Of a DNA stretch of 29,582 nt, positions 17,461 through 25,756 are shown piece by piece. Below the pieces are notes generated by a model, which was not told where the DNA came from, ran no database searches, and worked only from the letters and a program-made list of their open reading frames with translations. This DNA comes from a virus. Its lineage: Duplodnaviria; Caudoviricetes. The stretch lies in IMG/VR virus record IMGVR_UViG_3300038675_000358, positions 1 to 29,582 of that record; one strand, 5' to 3'. Position numbers and translations under genes: made by a program. Numbering within the stretch: the stretch's first letter is position 1; the number at the start of each line of letters is the position of its first letter.

Positions 17461-18839
17461 GAAGAATGTTAGAAGTTAAGGATATTGAGTTAGTCAATCT
17501 GATGGAAGCTAGAAAGAATCCAGAACTCAACCCAAAGATATCTGCTTATGAGGCACTAAAGCCATACAGCGAGGATGAAAACTATTTCATTTCCTTTACT
17601 GCCATAGACAAACTGGGAATAAACCCTAGTAGCAAATACGATACTCCCCTTGCCATTTATACCTATCCACTTAAAACGATTTGGAAAGAATATAGAGTAG
17701 ACTCAATAAAAAGTGTAGGAAAAGCTGTACCTTTTGCAGGGAATTCTCCCTATGTCTGGTTGGTAAAGGTTAAGAATAATGTAAACTTTGTCAGGGACAT
17801 GTATACAGATTATACATCAAAAGAATATGATAAGGATATAAAGACACTAAATAATCATATTCTTTCCAATCAAGATGAATATCAAAAGCTATTAAAAGAT
17901 GCTAATGGGAATTTAGAGGATATAGGTTCTATTATTGATATTTATTTCATTAAATGGACTAAAGAAGCTAAGGAAAGGAATGCAATCATGTCCATGTGGA
18001 ATATTACAAGAAATCTTGCTTATTATAGACAGGGGAAACCAGCAGTACAGTGGAGCTATCTTTTGCATAGAGTACTAGGCTATGGTGGGTTTGCAGATGT
18101 CAGCGGTAGAGGATATATTCATCCCTCAGAACCGATTCAGGCTTGCTTTTTCAGTACAAGAAGTTTTGACGTTGTAGCAGAATTTCTGAATAAGGACTAT
18201 ACCAAAGGGGAGAGTTGGCTAGACTTAGGAATAAAAAACAAAACTATAAATGCAGAAAATTCTAAATTTTTTGTAGACAAAGATAATCTAGTTATTTGGA
18301 GTTCTGGAACTTGGATTGATGGGACTTGGCAAAATGGAATCTGGAAAAATGGATTTTGGATTGATGGGGTTTGGAAAGACGGATTTTGGAAGGACGGTGT
18401 TTGGAAAAATGGGGTTTGGGAGTTTAGTTTTTGGGAAAACGGGACTTGGGAAAATGGGATTTGGAAAAATGGTACATGGGATAATGGTATTTGGAAATTA
18501 GGCACTTGGAAAGATGGTAGTTGGAAAAATGGCACTTGGGAAGATGGTATATGGGAAGATGGTTTTTGGTATGACGGTATCTGGAAAAAAGGTACATGGA
18601 AATATGGAATTTGGAGTAATGGAACTTGGAAAAAAGGTATTTGGAAAGGTGGTCTTTGGAAGTTTGGTACTTGGGAAAACGGAACTTGGGAGGGGGGTCT
18701 TTGGGAAAAAGGAACTTGGCTAAAAGGTAAGATTTTTGACCCAGATAGGAAAGGACATTTTTCTCCTACAAATAAGTGGGATGGTGATTATGTAGAAACC
18801 AAATTGAACCCAAAACAATATTTTGAAGGTGTAAAATGA
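17457..18839 (+). CDS. Putative ART-like N-terminal domain plus Trp-pentapeptide repeat protein (paralog 2)
   Basis: Co-linear with paralog 1, with long identical blocks (e.g. KSVGKAVPFAGNSPYVWL, EPIQACFFSTRSFDVVAEFLNKDY); ATGA coupling. Confidence 0.55.
   Translation: MRRMLEVKDIELVNLMEARKNPELNPKISAYEALKPYSEDENYFISFTAIDKLGINPSSKYDTPLAIYTYPLKTIWKEYRVDSIKSVGKAVPFAGNSPYVWLVKVKNNVNFVRDMYTDYTSKEYDKDIKTLNNHILSNQDEYQKLLKDANGNLEDIGSIIDIYFIKWTKEAKERNAIMSMWNITRNLAYYRQGKPAVQWSYLLHRVLGYGGFADVSGRGYIHPSEPIQACFFSTRSFDVVAEFLNKDYTKGESWLDLGIKNKTINAENSKFFVDKDNLVIWSSGTWIDGTWQNGIWKNGFWIDGVWKDGFWKDGVWKNGVWEFSFWENGTWENGIWKNGTWDNGIWKLGTWKDGSWKNGTWEDGIWEDGFWYDGIWKKGTWKYGIWSNGTWKKGIWKGGLWKFGTWENGTWEGGLWEKGTWLKGKIFDPDRKGHFSPTNKWDGDYVETKLNPKQYFEGVK
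18297..18731 (+). repeat. 15-bp coding tandem repeat, 29 units of W-x-x-G-x
   Basis: Counted from the translation, WSSGT to WLKGK; one unit has S instead of G. Confidence 0.95.
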
Positions 18840-19321
18840 AAAGAATACTTCATGAGAACAGTGCCCTGTACTATATGAAGCAGATGAATGATATGTATGC
18901 CCAGACAAAGGAAAAGGACTTCTGGGAATGGCAGATGCAGATGGCAGAGCCTGTAAAATGTGTATCCTACAAGTCAATCCCTGAGTTGAAGGAAATTGTA
19001 GATGAGTTTCTTTCAGGATTCACCTTGAAGAAGAATGAATGCTACACCAATGCAATCCATCTTGTATGGGAACATCCAGAGATTGAATATGTTGAAGGTA
19101 TAGCTGATTTGGTAATCCCTCTAGACCATGCTTGGAACTGCTACAAGGGAAAATACTTTGACCTTACCTCTGAAGTTCTCCTGAAGAAAAACGTGACAAG
19201 TTGTGACTATGCAAAGGTAGTAAAGCTATCCTCAGAACAGACATATAAGTATGCCTCAAAGACAAGGGTGTATGGTGGGTATATCCTTCAGCACTGGTTG
19301 GCTACCAGAAAGAAAAAGTAG
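18836..19321 (+). CDS. Transglutaminase/papain-like Cys-His-Asp protein
   Basis: NECYTNA, YVEG, DHAWN, YFDLT; leader MKRILHE. Confidence 0.6.
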   Translation: MKRILHENSALYYMKQMNDMYAQTKEKDFWEWQMQMAEPVKCVSYKSIPELKEIVDEFLSGFTLKKNECYTNAIHLVWEHPEIEYVEGIADLVIPLDHAWNCYKGKYFDLTSEVLLKKNVTSCDYAKVVKLSSEQTYKYASKTRVYGGYILQHWLATRKKK

Positions 19322-19322
19322 G

Positions 19323-19331
19323 ACTATTATA
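19323..19331 (+). promoter_or_regulatory. Putative late promoter ACTATTATA
   Basis: Exact motif in a short intergenic gap, ending 14 nt before ATG 19346. Confidence 0.6.
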
Positions 19332-19345
19332 GTAAGGGTAACTGC

Positions 19346-20083
19346 ATGAAGAGAGTATTAAGGTTCAAGGAAAATGATGAAGATACCATAGCCATGTTGA
19401 AGGACATGGTTGATGCCAACTTTGAAAAAGGGAAAGCAGACAAGGTGTTGTTTTTTAAGAACAAGCTTAAATCAGAGTACAATATTGACTATGAACCTAT
19501 GGGGCAATATAAAGAAATTATCCCTAGTTTGGATACCTTGTATGCACCTTCTGACTTTAATTCTTGGAATGAATACCTTCAGTACTGTGACGCTCTATTT
19601 ACTATGAGATGGGGCAAATTCAAAAGTCTTATTACTCCAAAGTTTGATAAGAAAACAGTATCCTTTGATGACATGAAGATTGCCCTTGAGAAGAGTGGGT
19701 TTGAATTAAGTAGGGAAGAAAATAAAGGTAGTTCTGAAATTGCCTATGTTTCAGGGAAGAAGATTACCATCAACTTTGCCCATGAGGAAATCAGTAGGAG
19801 TGGGACTATCTGGTTGGGAGTTTTTATTCATGAGATGGGGCATATTTTTGATAATCATTTCAAATTGGATTACAGGGATGACTTGGTTTCCAAAAACATG
19901 GGGTTGGCTTCATCCAACTATCTTTTTAAACCAGATGAGGTATTTGCAGAACACTTCCAGCATTACTTCCTTCAACCCAAATATTTGAAGGCTGGATGGG
20001 AAGATGTATATAAGGAACTTGACAAGTTGATTACAAAGGATTGGAAACTGTTGATTCAATCCATTATATCAGTAGCTAGGTAG
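19346..20083 (+). CDS. Zincin-like metallopeptidase, putative internal head protein
   Basis: FIHEMGHIFD plus SNY...DEVFAEHF; leader MKRVLRFKE. Confidence 0.65.
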   Translation: MKRVLRFKENDEDTIAMLKDMVDANFEKGKADKVLFFKNKLKSEYNIDYEPMGQYKEIIPSLDTLYAPSDFNSWNEYLQYCDALFTMRWGKFKSLITPKFDKKTVSFDDMKIALEKSGFELSREENKGSSEIAYVSGKKITINFAHEEISRSGTIWLGVFIHEMGHIFDNHFKLDYRDDLVSKNMGLASSNYLFKPDEVFAEHFQHYFLQPKYLKAGWEDVYKELDKLITKDWKLLIQSIISVAR

Positions 20084-20091
20084 AGGTTGCT

Positions 20092-20376
20092 ATGAAACAG
20101 ATGAAGAAACTGGATGAGACTCACTTTCTCATAAAAGTATCAGTATTACATGATGGTACAGGCTCTTGGACATTTCAATGGGACAAAGGGTTTTTTGTTC
20201 ATAGGGGTGATGTGGAAAGCCTTGCCCATGTACTGAGAAGGATTCATGCCAAGGACAATCAGATTCAACCTAGGTCTATGAGAAGCATGACATATTTGGA
20301 GATAGCCAATGAAATTACTTCAGGGGTTGACACCATTATTTATGTATGGGAAAACCATTTGAAGCTTTTGAAGTGA
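20092..20376 (+). CDS. Hypothetical protein, putative internal head protein
   Basis: GAGGT RBS; leader MKQMKKLDE. Confidence 0.55.
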   Translation: MKQMKKLDETHFLIKVSVLHDGTGSWTFQWDKGFFVHRGDVESLAHVLRRIHAKDNQIQPRSMRSMTYLEIANEITSGVDTIIYVWENHLKLLK

Positions 20377-20381
20377 CTTGT

Positions 20382-20390
20382 ACTATTATA
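20382..20390 (+). promoter_or_regulatory. Putative late promoter ACTATTATA (portal operon)
   Basis: Exact intergenic motif. The 16-mer GTACTATTATAATGAG recurs at 27653-27668. Confidence 0.6.
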
Positions 20391-20406
20391 ATGAGGGAGT
20401 GAGCAT

Positions 20407-20628
20407 ATGAGATACGAGTATAGGAATGAGGAGAATGGGGAAACAATCATAAGGGAATTTCCAATGACTGGAGACATCCCCAAGTTTGTTGAAGAGAATG
20501 GAAAAACGTATAAGAAGGTTTTTACCGTTTCTGCAGTACATATCCCCATGTCGTTCCAAGCATCTGAGAACCAGAGGAACAGACCAAAGTATGATAAGTC
20601 ACCATCTGGAAGGAAACACTTCTTTTAA
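20407..20628 (+). CDS. FmdB-like small protein lacking zinc-ribbon cysteines
   Basis: MRYEYRNEENGETI corresponds to the FmdB pattern YEYxCxxCG, with N in place of C. Confidence 0.5.
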   Translation: MRYEYRNEENGETIIREFPMTGDIPKFVEENGKTYKKVFTVSAVHIPMSFQASENQRNRPKYDKSPSGRKHFF

Positions 20629-20637
20629 GGATATAGT

Positions 20638-22458
20638 ATGGCAGAACCATTTGCAAAAAGATTACAGAAGTTCTTCAATATAGGGGTTGTCAAGTCGGAT
20701 AGTGGAATTGCAGATAAGAAAAGCATTGTTCCAAAAACTACCGATGACAATGGCATGTCCAGAAAAGTAAAACTTACCCCAGAGATTCAAAAACTCTGGG
20801 ATTGGTACAACTCAGAAACAAGTGACAACTCCAATACCTTGGGTGACAGGCTTGGCAGATACAAGGACATTGATTATATGATTTTCAATGATTCAATCAT
20901 TGCTCAGGCAATAGATTTGTATGCAGATGAAACTGCTCAGGCAGACAATCATATGAGGATAGTTGATGCAAAGGCCAAAGACCCCAAAGTAGCCAAAGAG
21001 ATTCTTGATTTGTTTGACAAGTGGGGGGTGAACCAGTCATATATTCGTGACACTTCTGCAAACCTAGTTGCCTATGGTGATTCCGTTGATGTACTTGATT
21101 ATACACCTGACAAAGGAATAATAGGGATAACCCCTGTAGATGTATATTCTCTGACCAAGAGGCTTGAATTCAAGGCAACTGAAGTAAAGAAAATGATGAA
21201 GGGAAAAGGTAGGAAGGATTCAATCCTCAACTACTCAAAGTTTGCATCCATCAAGGATTTGGTTGACTCACTGGAGATGGCAGACAGCAAGGAGATATCA
21301 AAGAATTATCGTTCCTACCTGTTGGGCTTTATTGTTGATGATATGTTCCTTCCTCCTTGGGCTGTCATGCACCATAGGTTGATTTCCAGAAAGTCTGAAT
21401 TCTGGCCTTATGGCAGACCATTGTTCATCAACAACATAGGACCTTTCAGACAACTGAAAGCTTCAAAGAATATGATGGCAATGACAAGGGTGTTGAAGTT
21501 CCCCAAGGAAATCTATTCAGTAAAGACTTCTGAAAACATGACTGAGGTTGAACAGTGGGAAGCTGTGAACCAATGCAAGCAGGAATTCCAGAATATTGGG
21601 ATAGTCAATAAGAACAAGGAAGAGTTTTCCATTGGTTCCGAGATATGGATTCCTGAAGGTCTGTTGACCCATGATACAGTAGAGAACAACCTGAGTGTTG
21701 ATGAGATTCATGATGTTGAGTTGTTGCGTGATGATTTGATTATGGGTACTGGAATACCCAAGGGATACCTGTTGCCCGACCAAGGTAATTTTGGTGTTTC
21801 AGGTCAATCATTGTTGCAACAATCAAAGCCCTTTGGGAGAAGAATATTCTCAATCCAGAGTGCAATACTTGAGAACCTCACACACTTGGTAAGACTGCAT
21901 TTCCTTATGACTGAAAAGCATGAGAAGGAATTCACTGAGTTTGAGTTGTCCATGAACTTCCCCATAGTTGAGGAAGCTTCTGACAGGCAGAGGATGAAAC
22001 AGGATTCCTTGAGATTTGCCAATGACATCATTGATGGACTGAAAAATGCACTTGGGGCACAGGACACAGACATACCCCCAGAGGTGGTCAAATCCGTATT
22101 CAAGAAATTCTCATTTCTGGAACCAGAGGATGTTGACTTGCTTATCAAACAGATTACAGACAGGATGAAAGCCAATGCAAGTTCTGCAGATGATACGTCT
22201 ACTGACTATGGGTTTGAGAGTGAAGAGGGGAGGAGATTCCATGAGGCGATACGAAAGCAATTGCTTGATGAGGAAATCATTTACTCCCAATACTTTGACA
22301 CCTTGAAAGAGCATCATCTCACTGAGGGAATTCTAGGGAGAAGGCACTACTTGGTATCCTCTGTGGATAGGGCTAGTGAGAGTGACAAGATAACTTATTC
22401 CTTCATTCGTGAAGAGATGAAAATGACCAAGGAAAAATTGCAGGAAGTTGAAAAATAG
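20638..22458 (+). CDS. Portal protein, T4 gp20-like
   Basis: YKDIDYMIFNDSIIAQAIDLYADE, WPYGRP, DVELLRDDLIMGTGIPKGYL; 606 aa; directly upstream of the prohead protease. Confidence 0.8.
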   Translation: MAEPFAKRLQKFFNIGVVKSDSGIADKKSIVPKTTDDNGMSRKVKLTPEIQKLWDWYNSETSDNSNTLGDRLGRYKDIDYMIFNDSIIAQAIDLYADETAQADNHMRIVDAKAKDPKVAKEILDLFDKWGVNQSYIRDTSANLVAYGDSVDVLDYTPDKGIIGITPVDVYSLTKRLEFKATEVKKMMKGKGRKDSILNYSKFASIKDLVDSLEMADSKEISKNYRSYLLGFIVDDMFLPPWAVMHHRLISRKSEFWPYGRPLFINNIGPFRQLKASKNMMAMTRVLKFPKEIYSVKTSENMTEVEQWEAVNQCKQEFQNIGIVNKNKEEFSIGSEIWIPEGLLTHDTVENNLSVDEIHDVELLRDDLIMGTGIPKGYLLPDQGNFGVSGQSLLQQSKPFGRRIFSIQSAILENLTHLVRLHFLMTEKHEKEFTEFELSMNFPIVEEASDRQRMKQDSLRFANDIIDGLKNALGAQDTDIPPEVVKSVFKKFSFLEPEDVDLLIKQITDRMKANASSADDTSTDYGFESEEGRRFHEAIRKQLLDEEIIYSQYFDTLKEHHLTEGILGRRHYLVSSVDRASESDKITYSFIREEMKMTKEKLQEVEK

Positions 22459-22478
22459 TAGTATCTAATTTTTATCGT

Positions 22479-22487
22479 ACTATTATA
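22479..22487 (+). promoter_or_regulatory. Putative late promoter ACTATTATA
   Basis: Exact intergenic motif ending 18 nt before ATG 22506. Confidence 0.6.
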
Positions 22488-22505
22488 ATAGAAGGGGTTG
22501 TACAC

Positions 22506-24044
22506 ATGGCAAAACAAAGATTGGTAGAAAACTTTATCCTTAATCCTGATAACTATCAGAAGAAGCCTTTGCAGGAAGGTCAAGAAGAGATTATCCAAAT
22601 AGAAGAAAAATCTGGAAAGAAAGAAAACTATAAGGCAAAGGCTGTCTATACATTTTCCATTTCCAAGCCTGATGTAAAGAATCTGAATGAACGAGTATAC
22701 TCTTCCAAACTCTGGGAAAAGCAAATCAAGAAGATGAAGAATGAATCCACCTATGGACTTATGAATCACCCTGACGGTGATGGCTCCACCAAGGACATAT
22801 GGTGTGTTTGGCGTAATCTCAGGTTTAATGAGGAAAAAGATGTTGTCATTGCAGATGCCTATTTGGTAGGTAGATGGGGTGCAGACGTTCTTGAGATGCT
22901 TGAAGCTGGTGGGAAAGTTGGTCTTTCCACTTCTGGTTTTGGTGAATTTCAGGAAGACAACCACACCATCGACCCTGACACCTATGAACTGGAAAGGGTT
23001 GCAGACTTTGTATTCAATCCCTCATTCCAAGTGTATGGGGAGAATAGTGACAGGGTTGATACTGAGAAACAAGAAGAAGTTAAGATAGAGAATAGTCCTC
23101 TTAGTGAAGAGGTACAAGATAAGGAGAAGGATATGCAAGAAAATAAAAAGATGACCTCGATTGAGGAAAAAGCATTCCGTTTGAACCTCCTCTCCTCCTT
23201 CAAAGAGGCCAAGGGGACTGAGGGGTTGGACGAAAGGATTTCTGCCTACAAGGAATTGCTTACCTATTTTGAGGGTGATGTTGCGTCTGATGTAAAGGCT
23301 GATATTGAGAAAGCCCTTTCTGAGGATTTGGCCAAGAAGGAAGATTTTGCCAAGAAAGGTGAAACTTTTGACAAGGTGAATGATGAGAAGAAATCACTTG
23401 AGGAAAATGTTGTTTCCCTCACAGAAAAAGTGACACTTCTGGAATCTGAGAAGAAGGAACTTGAAGAGAAATACCAGATGGCTACAGAGCTTTTGGACTC
23501 CATGAAAGTGTATTCTTCCAAGCAGAAGGAAATGCTTGATATCACCAGAGCAGAGAAGAATGGTATGATTTCCGCTTCTGAGTACAAGGAAGCCCTTGTC
23601 TATGCAGAAGGTGTTGAAGAGGAAAGAGATGCACTGAGAAAGGAAAACCTTGAACTCAAGAAACAAGTACGCAGTCTGGAAGAGAAGGGAGTAAAGAAAG
23701 AGGAAGAGCCTGAAGATAAGGAAGACCCTGAGAATCCTGAGGACCCTGAAGATAAGAAAGACAAGGAAGATGACAAGAAGGATGACAAGGAAAAGGCTGA
23801 TGAGAATGTAAACAGGGATGTTCTCAGGTACTATGAGAGTCTTGAATATTCCCAACCAAAGGCTGTCATGCTGAAGAAGGAAATCCTTTCCTGCAAGACC
23901 CTGATGGAAGCACAGAAGAAATACATGAACTTGAAAGGGTTGTTGAGTGAAGATTCCCCCTATGACAGGGTTGTGGTAAGGGAAAAGAACACTCATGCTG
24001 AATCCAGCAAGCAGACTCTGAATATCAGAAAGGGGTGGAAATAA
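22506..24044 (+). CDS. Prohead protease (T4 gp21-like) fused to a coiled-coil scaffold
   Basis: KNLNERVYS, GLMNHPD, VGLSTSGFG and ADFVFNPS give His/Ser/Asp residues; ~300-aa E/K-rich coiled-coil tail. Confidence 0.85.
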   Translation: MAKQRLVENFILNPDNYQKKPLQEGQEEIIQIEEKSGKKENYKAKAVYTFSISKPDVKNLNERVYSSKLWEKQIKKMKNESTYGLMNHPDGDGSTKDIWCVWRNLRFNEEKDVVIADAYLVGRWGADVLEMLEAGGKVGLSTSGFGEFQEDNHTIDPDTYELERVADFVFNPSFQVYGENSDRVDTEKQEEVKIENSPLSEEVQDKEKDMQENKKMTSIEEKAFRLNLLSSFKEAKGTEGLDERISAYKELLTYFEGDVASDVKADIEKALSEDLAKKEDFAKKGETFDKVNDEKKSLEENVVSLTEKVTLLESEKKELEEKYQMATELLDSMKVYSSKQKEMLDITRAEKNGMISASEYKEALVYAEGVEEERDALRKENLELKKQVRSLEEKGVKKEEEPEDKEDPENPEDPEDKKDKEDDKKDDKEKADENVNRDVLRYYESLEYSQPKAVMLKKEILSCKTLMEAQKKYMNLKGLLSEDSPYDRVVVREKNTHAESSKQTLNIRKGWK

Positions 24045-24045
24045 T

Positions 24046-24366
24046 ATGAAACAGATTGTTTTGACTGAAGATGTACGACTCCCGAAGTCAGGAATCATTC
24101 TTGAGAAAGGGGATATAGTCAATGTTCTTTCCGAAGAGGAATGGGATGACTATGATGTGGTTGATGATGAGGATTTCTTCCCTGAAGATGATTTTGAATT
24201 GGATATCAGCAATATTGAGATTGAATCAGATGAAGTCATCCTCCCAGATGAAGAGGTTATTGTCCCAGAGGAAGTTCTTGATTCTGTCAATGTTGACTTG
24301 GATATACCCTCAGAGGAAGAGATTCAATACCTTGCAGGGGAATATCCTGAAAATGGGTTTGTATAA
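24046..24366 (+). CDS. Very acidic protein, possible prohead core component
   Basis: Leader MKQIVLTE, then a D/E-dominated tail; follows the protease gene. Confidence 0.6.
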   Translation: MKQIVLTEDVRLPKSGIILEKGDIVNVLSEEEWDDYDVVDDEDFFPEDDFELDISNIEIESDEVILPDEEVIVPEEVLDSVNVDLDIPSEEEIQYLAGEYPENGFV

Positions 24367-24394
24367 TCCCTTCTGGAAATTCAGCTAATCGAAG

Positions 24395-24430
24395 AATCCC
24401 TGATACCATACTATTATAGTATCAGGGATT
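24395..24430 (+). promoter_or_regulatory. 12-bp stem-loop with ACTATTATA (24410-24418) in its loop; possible terminator/late promoter composite
   Basis: AATCCCTGATAC / GTATCAGGGATT perfect inverted repeat. Confidence 0.6.
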
Positions 24431-24448
24431 ATTTATAGAGGTGATGTA

Positions 24449-25744
24449 ATGAGTGTATATGAATCGTTGGCTAGAGCTTCATTGAAAGTGAAACGTAGGC
24501 TTTTTGACTACAATATCTCCATTGTAGGTAAGGAAGTGAAGGCTGTACTCATTCATCAGGAAGAGGATATCTACCATGACTTCTCAGACCCAGATATCCT
24601 TGATACCAAGGTAATAACAGCTGTAATAAACTTCCCCTCAGAGGTTCCCTTAGAGAGGTACAGGGTGAATGGAAAGGTTACGAACAATGCAACCAGAACA
24701 TATTTCTATGAGGTACTTCCTGTAGAGATATATCTTCAATTGAAAGACCACATGGAAGTTGATGATTTCATATTCTTCTTTCTTGAGGATGAACAGAACA
24801 ACAAGATACCCTTCTTGCTCCAGTTGACTGATACGTTTGGTAAGTTTGAGATAGGCATGTATTGGAGAAAATTCTATGGTGCCCCCTACAATGGTTCAGA
24901 CATCAGCAAGATTATTCCTTATCTGGAGGAGCATGTAATAGCCAAGGTGTATGATACCTACCAAGAGGAAAACCCAGAGTCATCCTATCTGATGACTGCA
25001 GATGAGATGGAAGAGTATCACAATGAACCATTCAAAAACTTGTTTATAAATCCATTGAATCCCATGGAGCAGACCATATCTTTTGATTCCTCTCTGGTTG
25101 TCCAATGTGCCTTTGGTTCCATGCTTGTTGAGGGATACAGGACAGTCACTCCAGACAGTCCTTTGAGAATCATAGTGGACAGGTTGACTGTTGTGAATAT
25201 AATTCCAAGCAGTGATTGCAAATATCCTTCAGTATACTCCTCTGAGTTCTTCCATCCTTTTGTAGTAGACAAGAAGGAAAACTATGCACTAACCTTCCCA
25301 TTCAACTTTGAAACCTTGGACATTACCTTTGACTTCAAGTTTGCAAACTTCTCAGGAATATCCCCTGTCATTGTTGTAGAGATGGGAAGTGGTACTACCA
25401 TTATTACAGAGAATTATAGCTTGGTGGGTGACTACTCCATCCAGAAAACCAGACCTCTTTTCTATGTAGAAGATGACACCCATTTCCTTAGTTTGTCATT
25501 GAACTACAACAAGGAAATAGTATTAGGTGGAAAGACATCAACAGGCACAATCAATCATACTTTTGGTGTTCAAGACTCCTTGAATGAAATTCATTTTGCA
25601 CTGTCTGGTGAAACCATGACTATTACTATAGGAGAGGAAATTCAAATGGTGGATGGATTGGGTGTATTTGAAGGAAAGCACTATTATATTGGCTATGAGA
25701 AAGAAAAGTATATCAATGATTTTATCAGGCAGATTTATTTCTAA
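24449..25744 (+). CDS. Putative virion structural protein
   Basis: GAGGTG RBS, late motif upstream, beta-rich C-terminus; shares a domain with 26083-27093. Confidence 0.5.
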   Translation: MSVYESLARASLKVKRRLFDYNISIVGKEVKAVLIHQEEDIYHDFSDPDILDTKVITAVINFPSEVPLERYRVNGKVTNNATRTYFYEVLPVEIYLQLKDHMEVDDFIFFFLEDEQNNKIPFLLQLTDTFGKFEIGMYWRKFYGAPYNGSDISKIIPYLEEHVIAKVYDTYQEENPESSYLMTADEMEEYHNEPFKNLFINPLNPMEQTISFDSSLVVQCAFGSMLVEGYRTVTPDSPLRIIVDRLTVVNIIPSSDCKYPSVYSSEFFHPFVVDKKENYALTFPFNFETLDITFDFKFANFSGISPVIVVEMGSGTTIITENYSLVGDYSIQKTRPLFYVEDDTHFLSLSLNYNKEIVLGGKTSTGTINHTFGVQDSLNEIHFALSGETMTITIGEEIQMVDGLGVFEGKHYYIGYEKEKYINDFIRQIYF

Positions 25745-25756
25745 GGAGAATGGGAT

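Noticed and set aside
16907-18723. Alternative-frame and minus-strand ORFs over the Trp repeats
   Set aside because: Shadows of the stop-poor 15-bp repeat; no RBS.
16888-18731. 15-bp periodic repeats as a CRISPR array or DGR TR/VR pair
   Set aside because: No constant repeat-spacer structure; variation is at codon level within ORFs and is not adenine-specific.
23695-23800. GAAGA/GACAAG-type short repeats
   Set aside because: They encode a low-complexity E/D/K/P linker in the scaffold domain.
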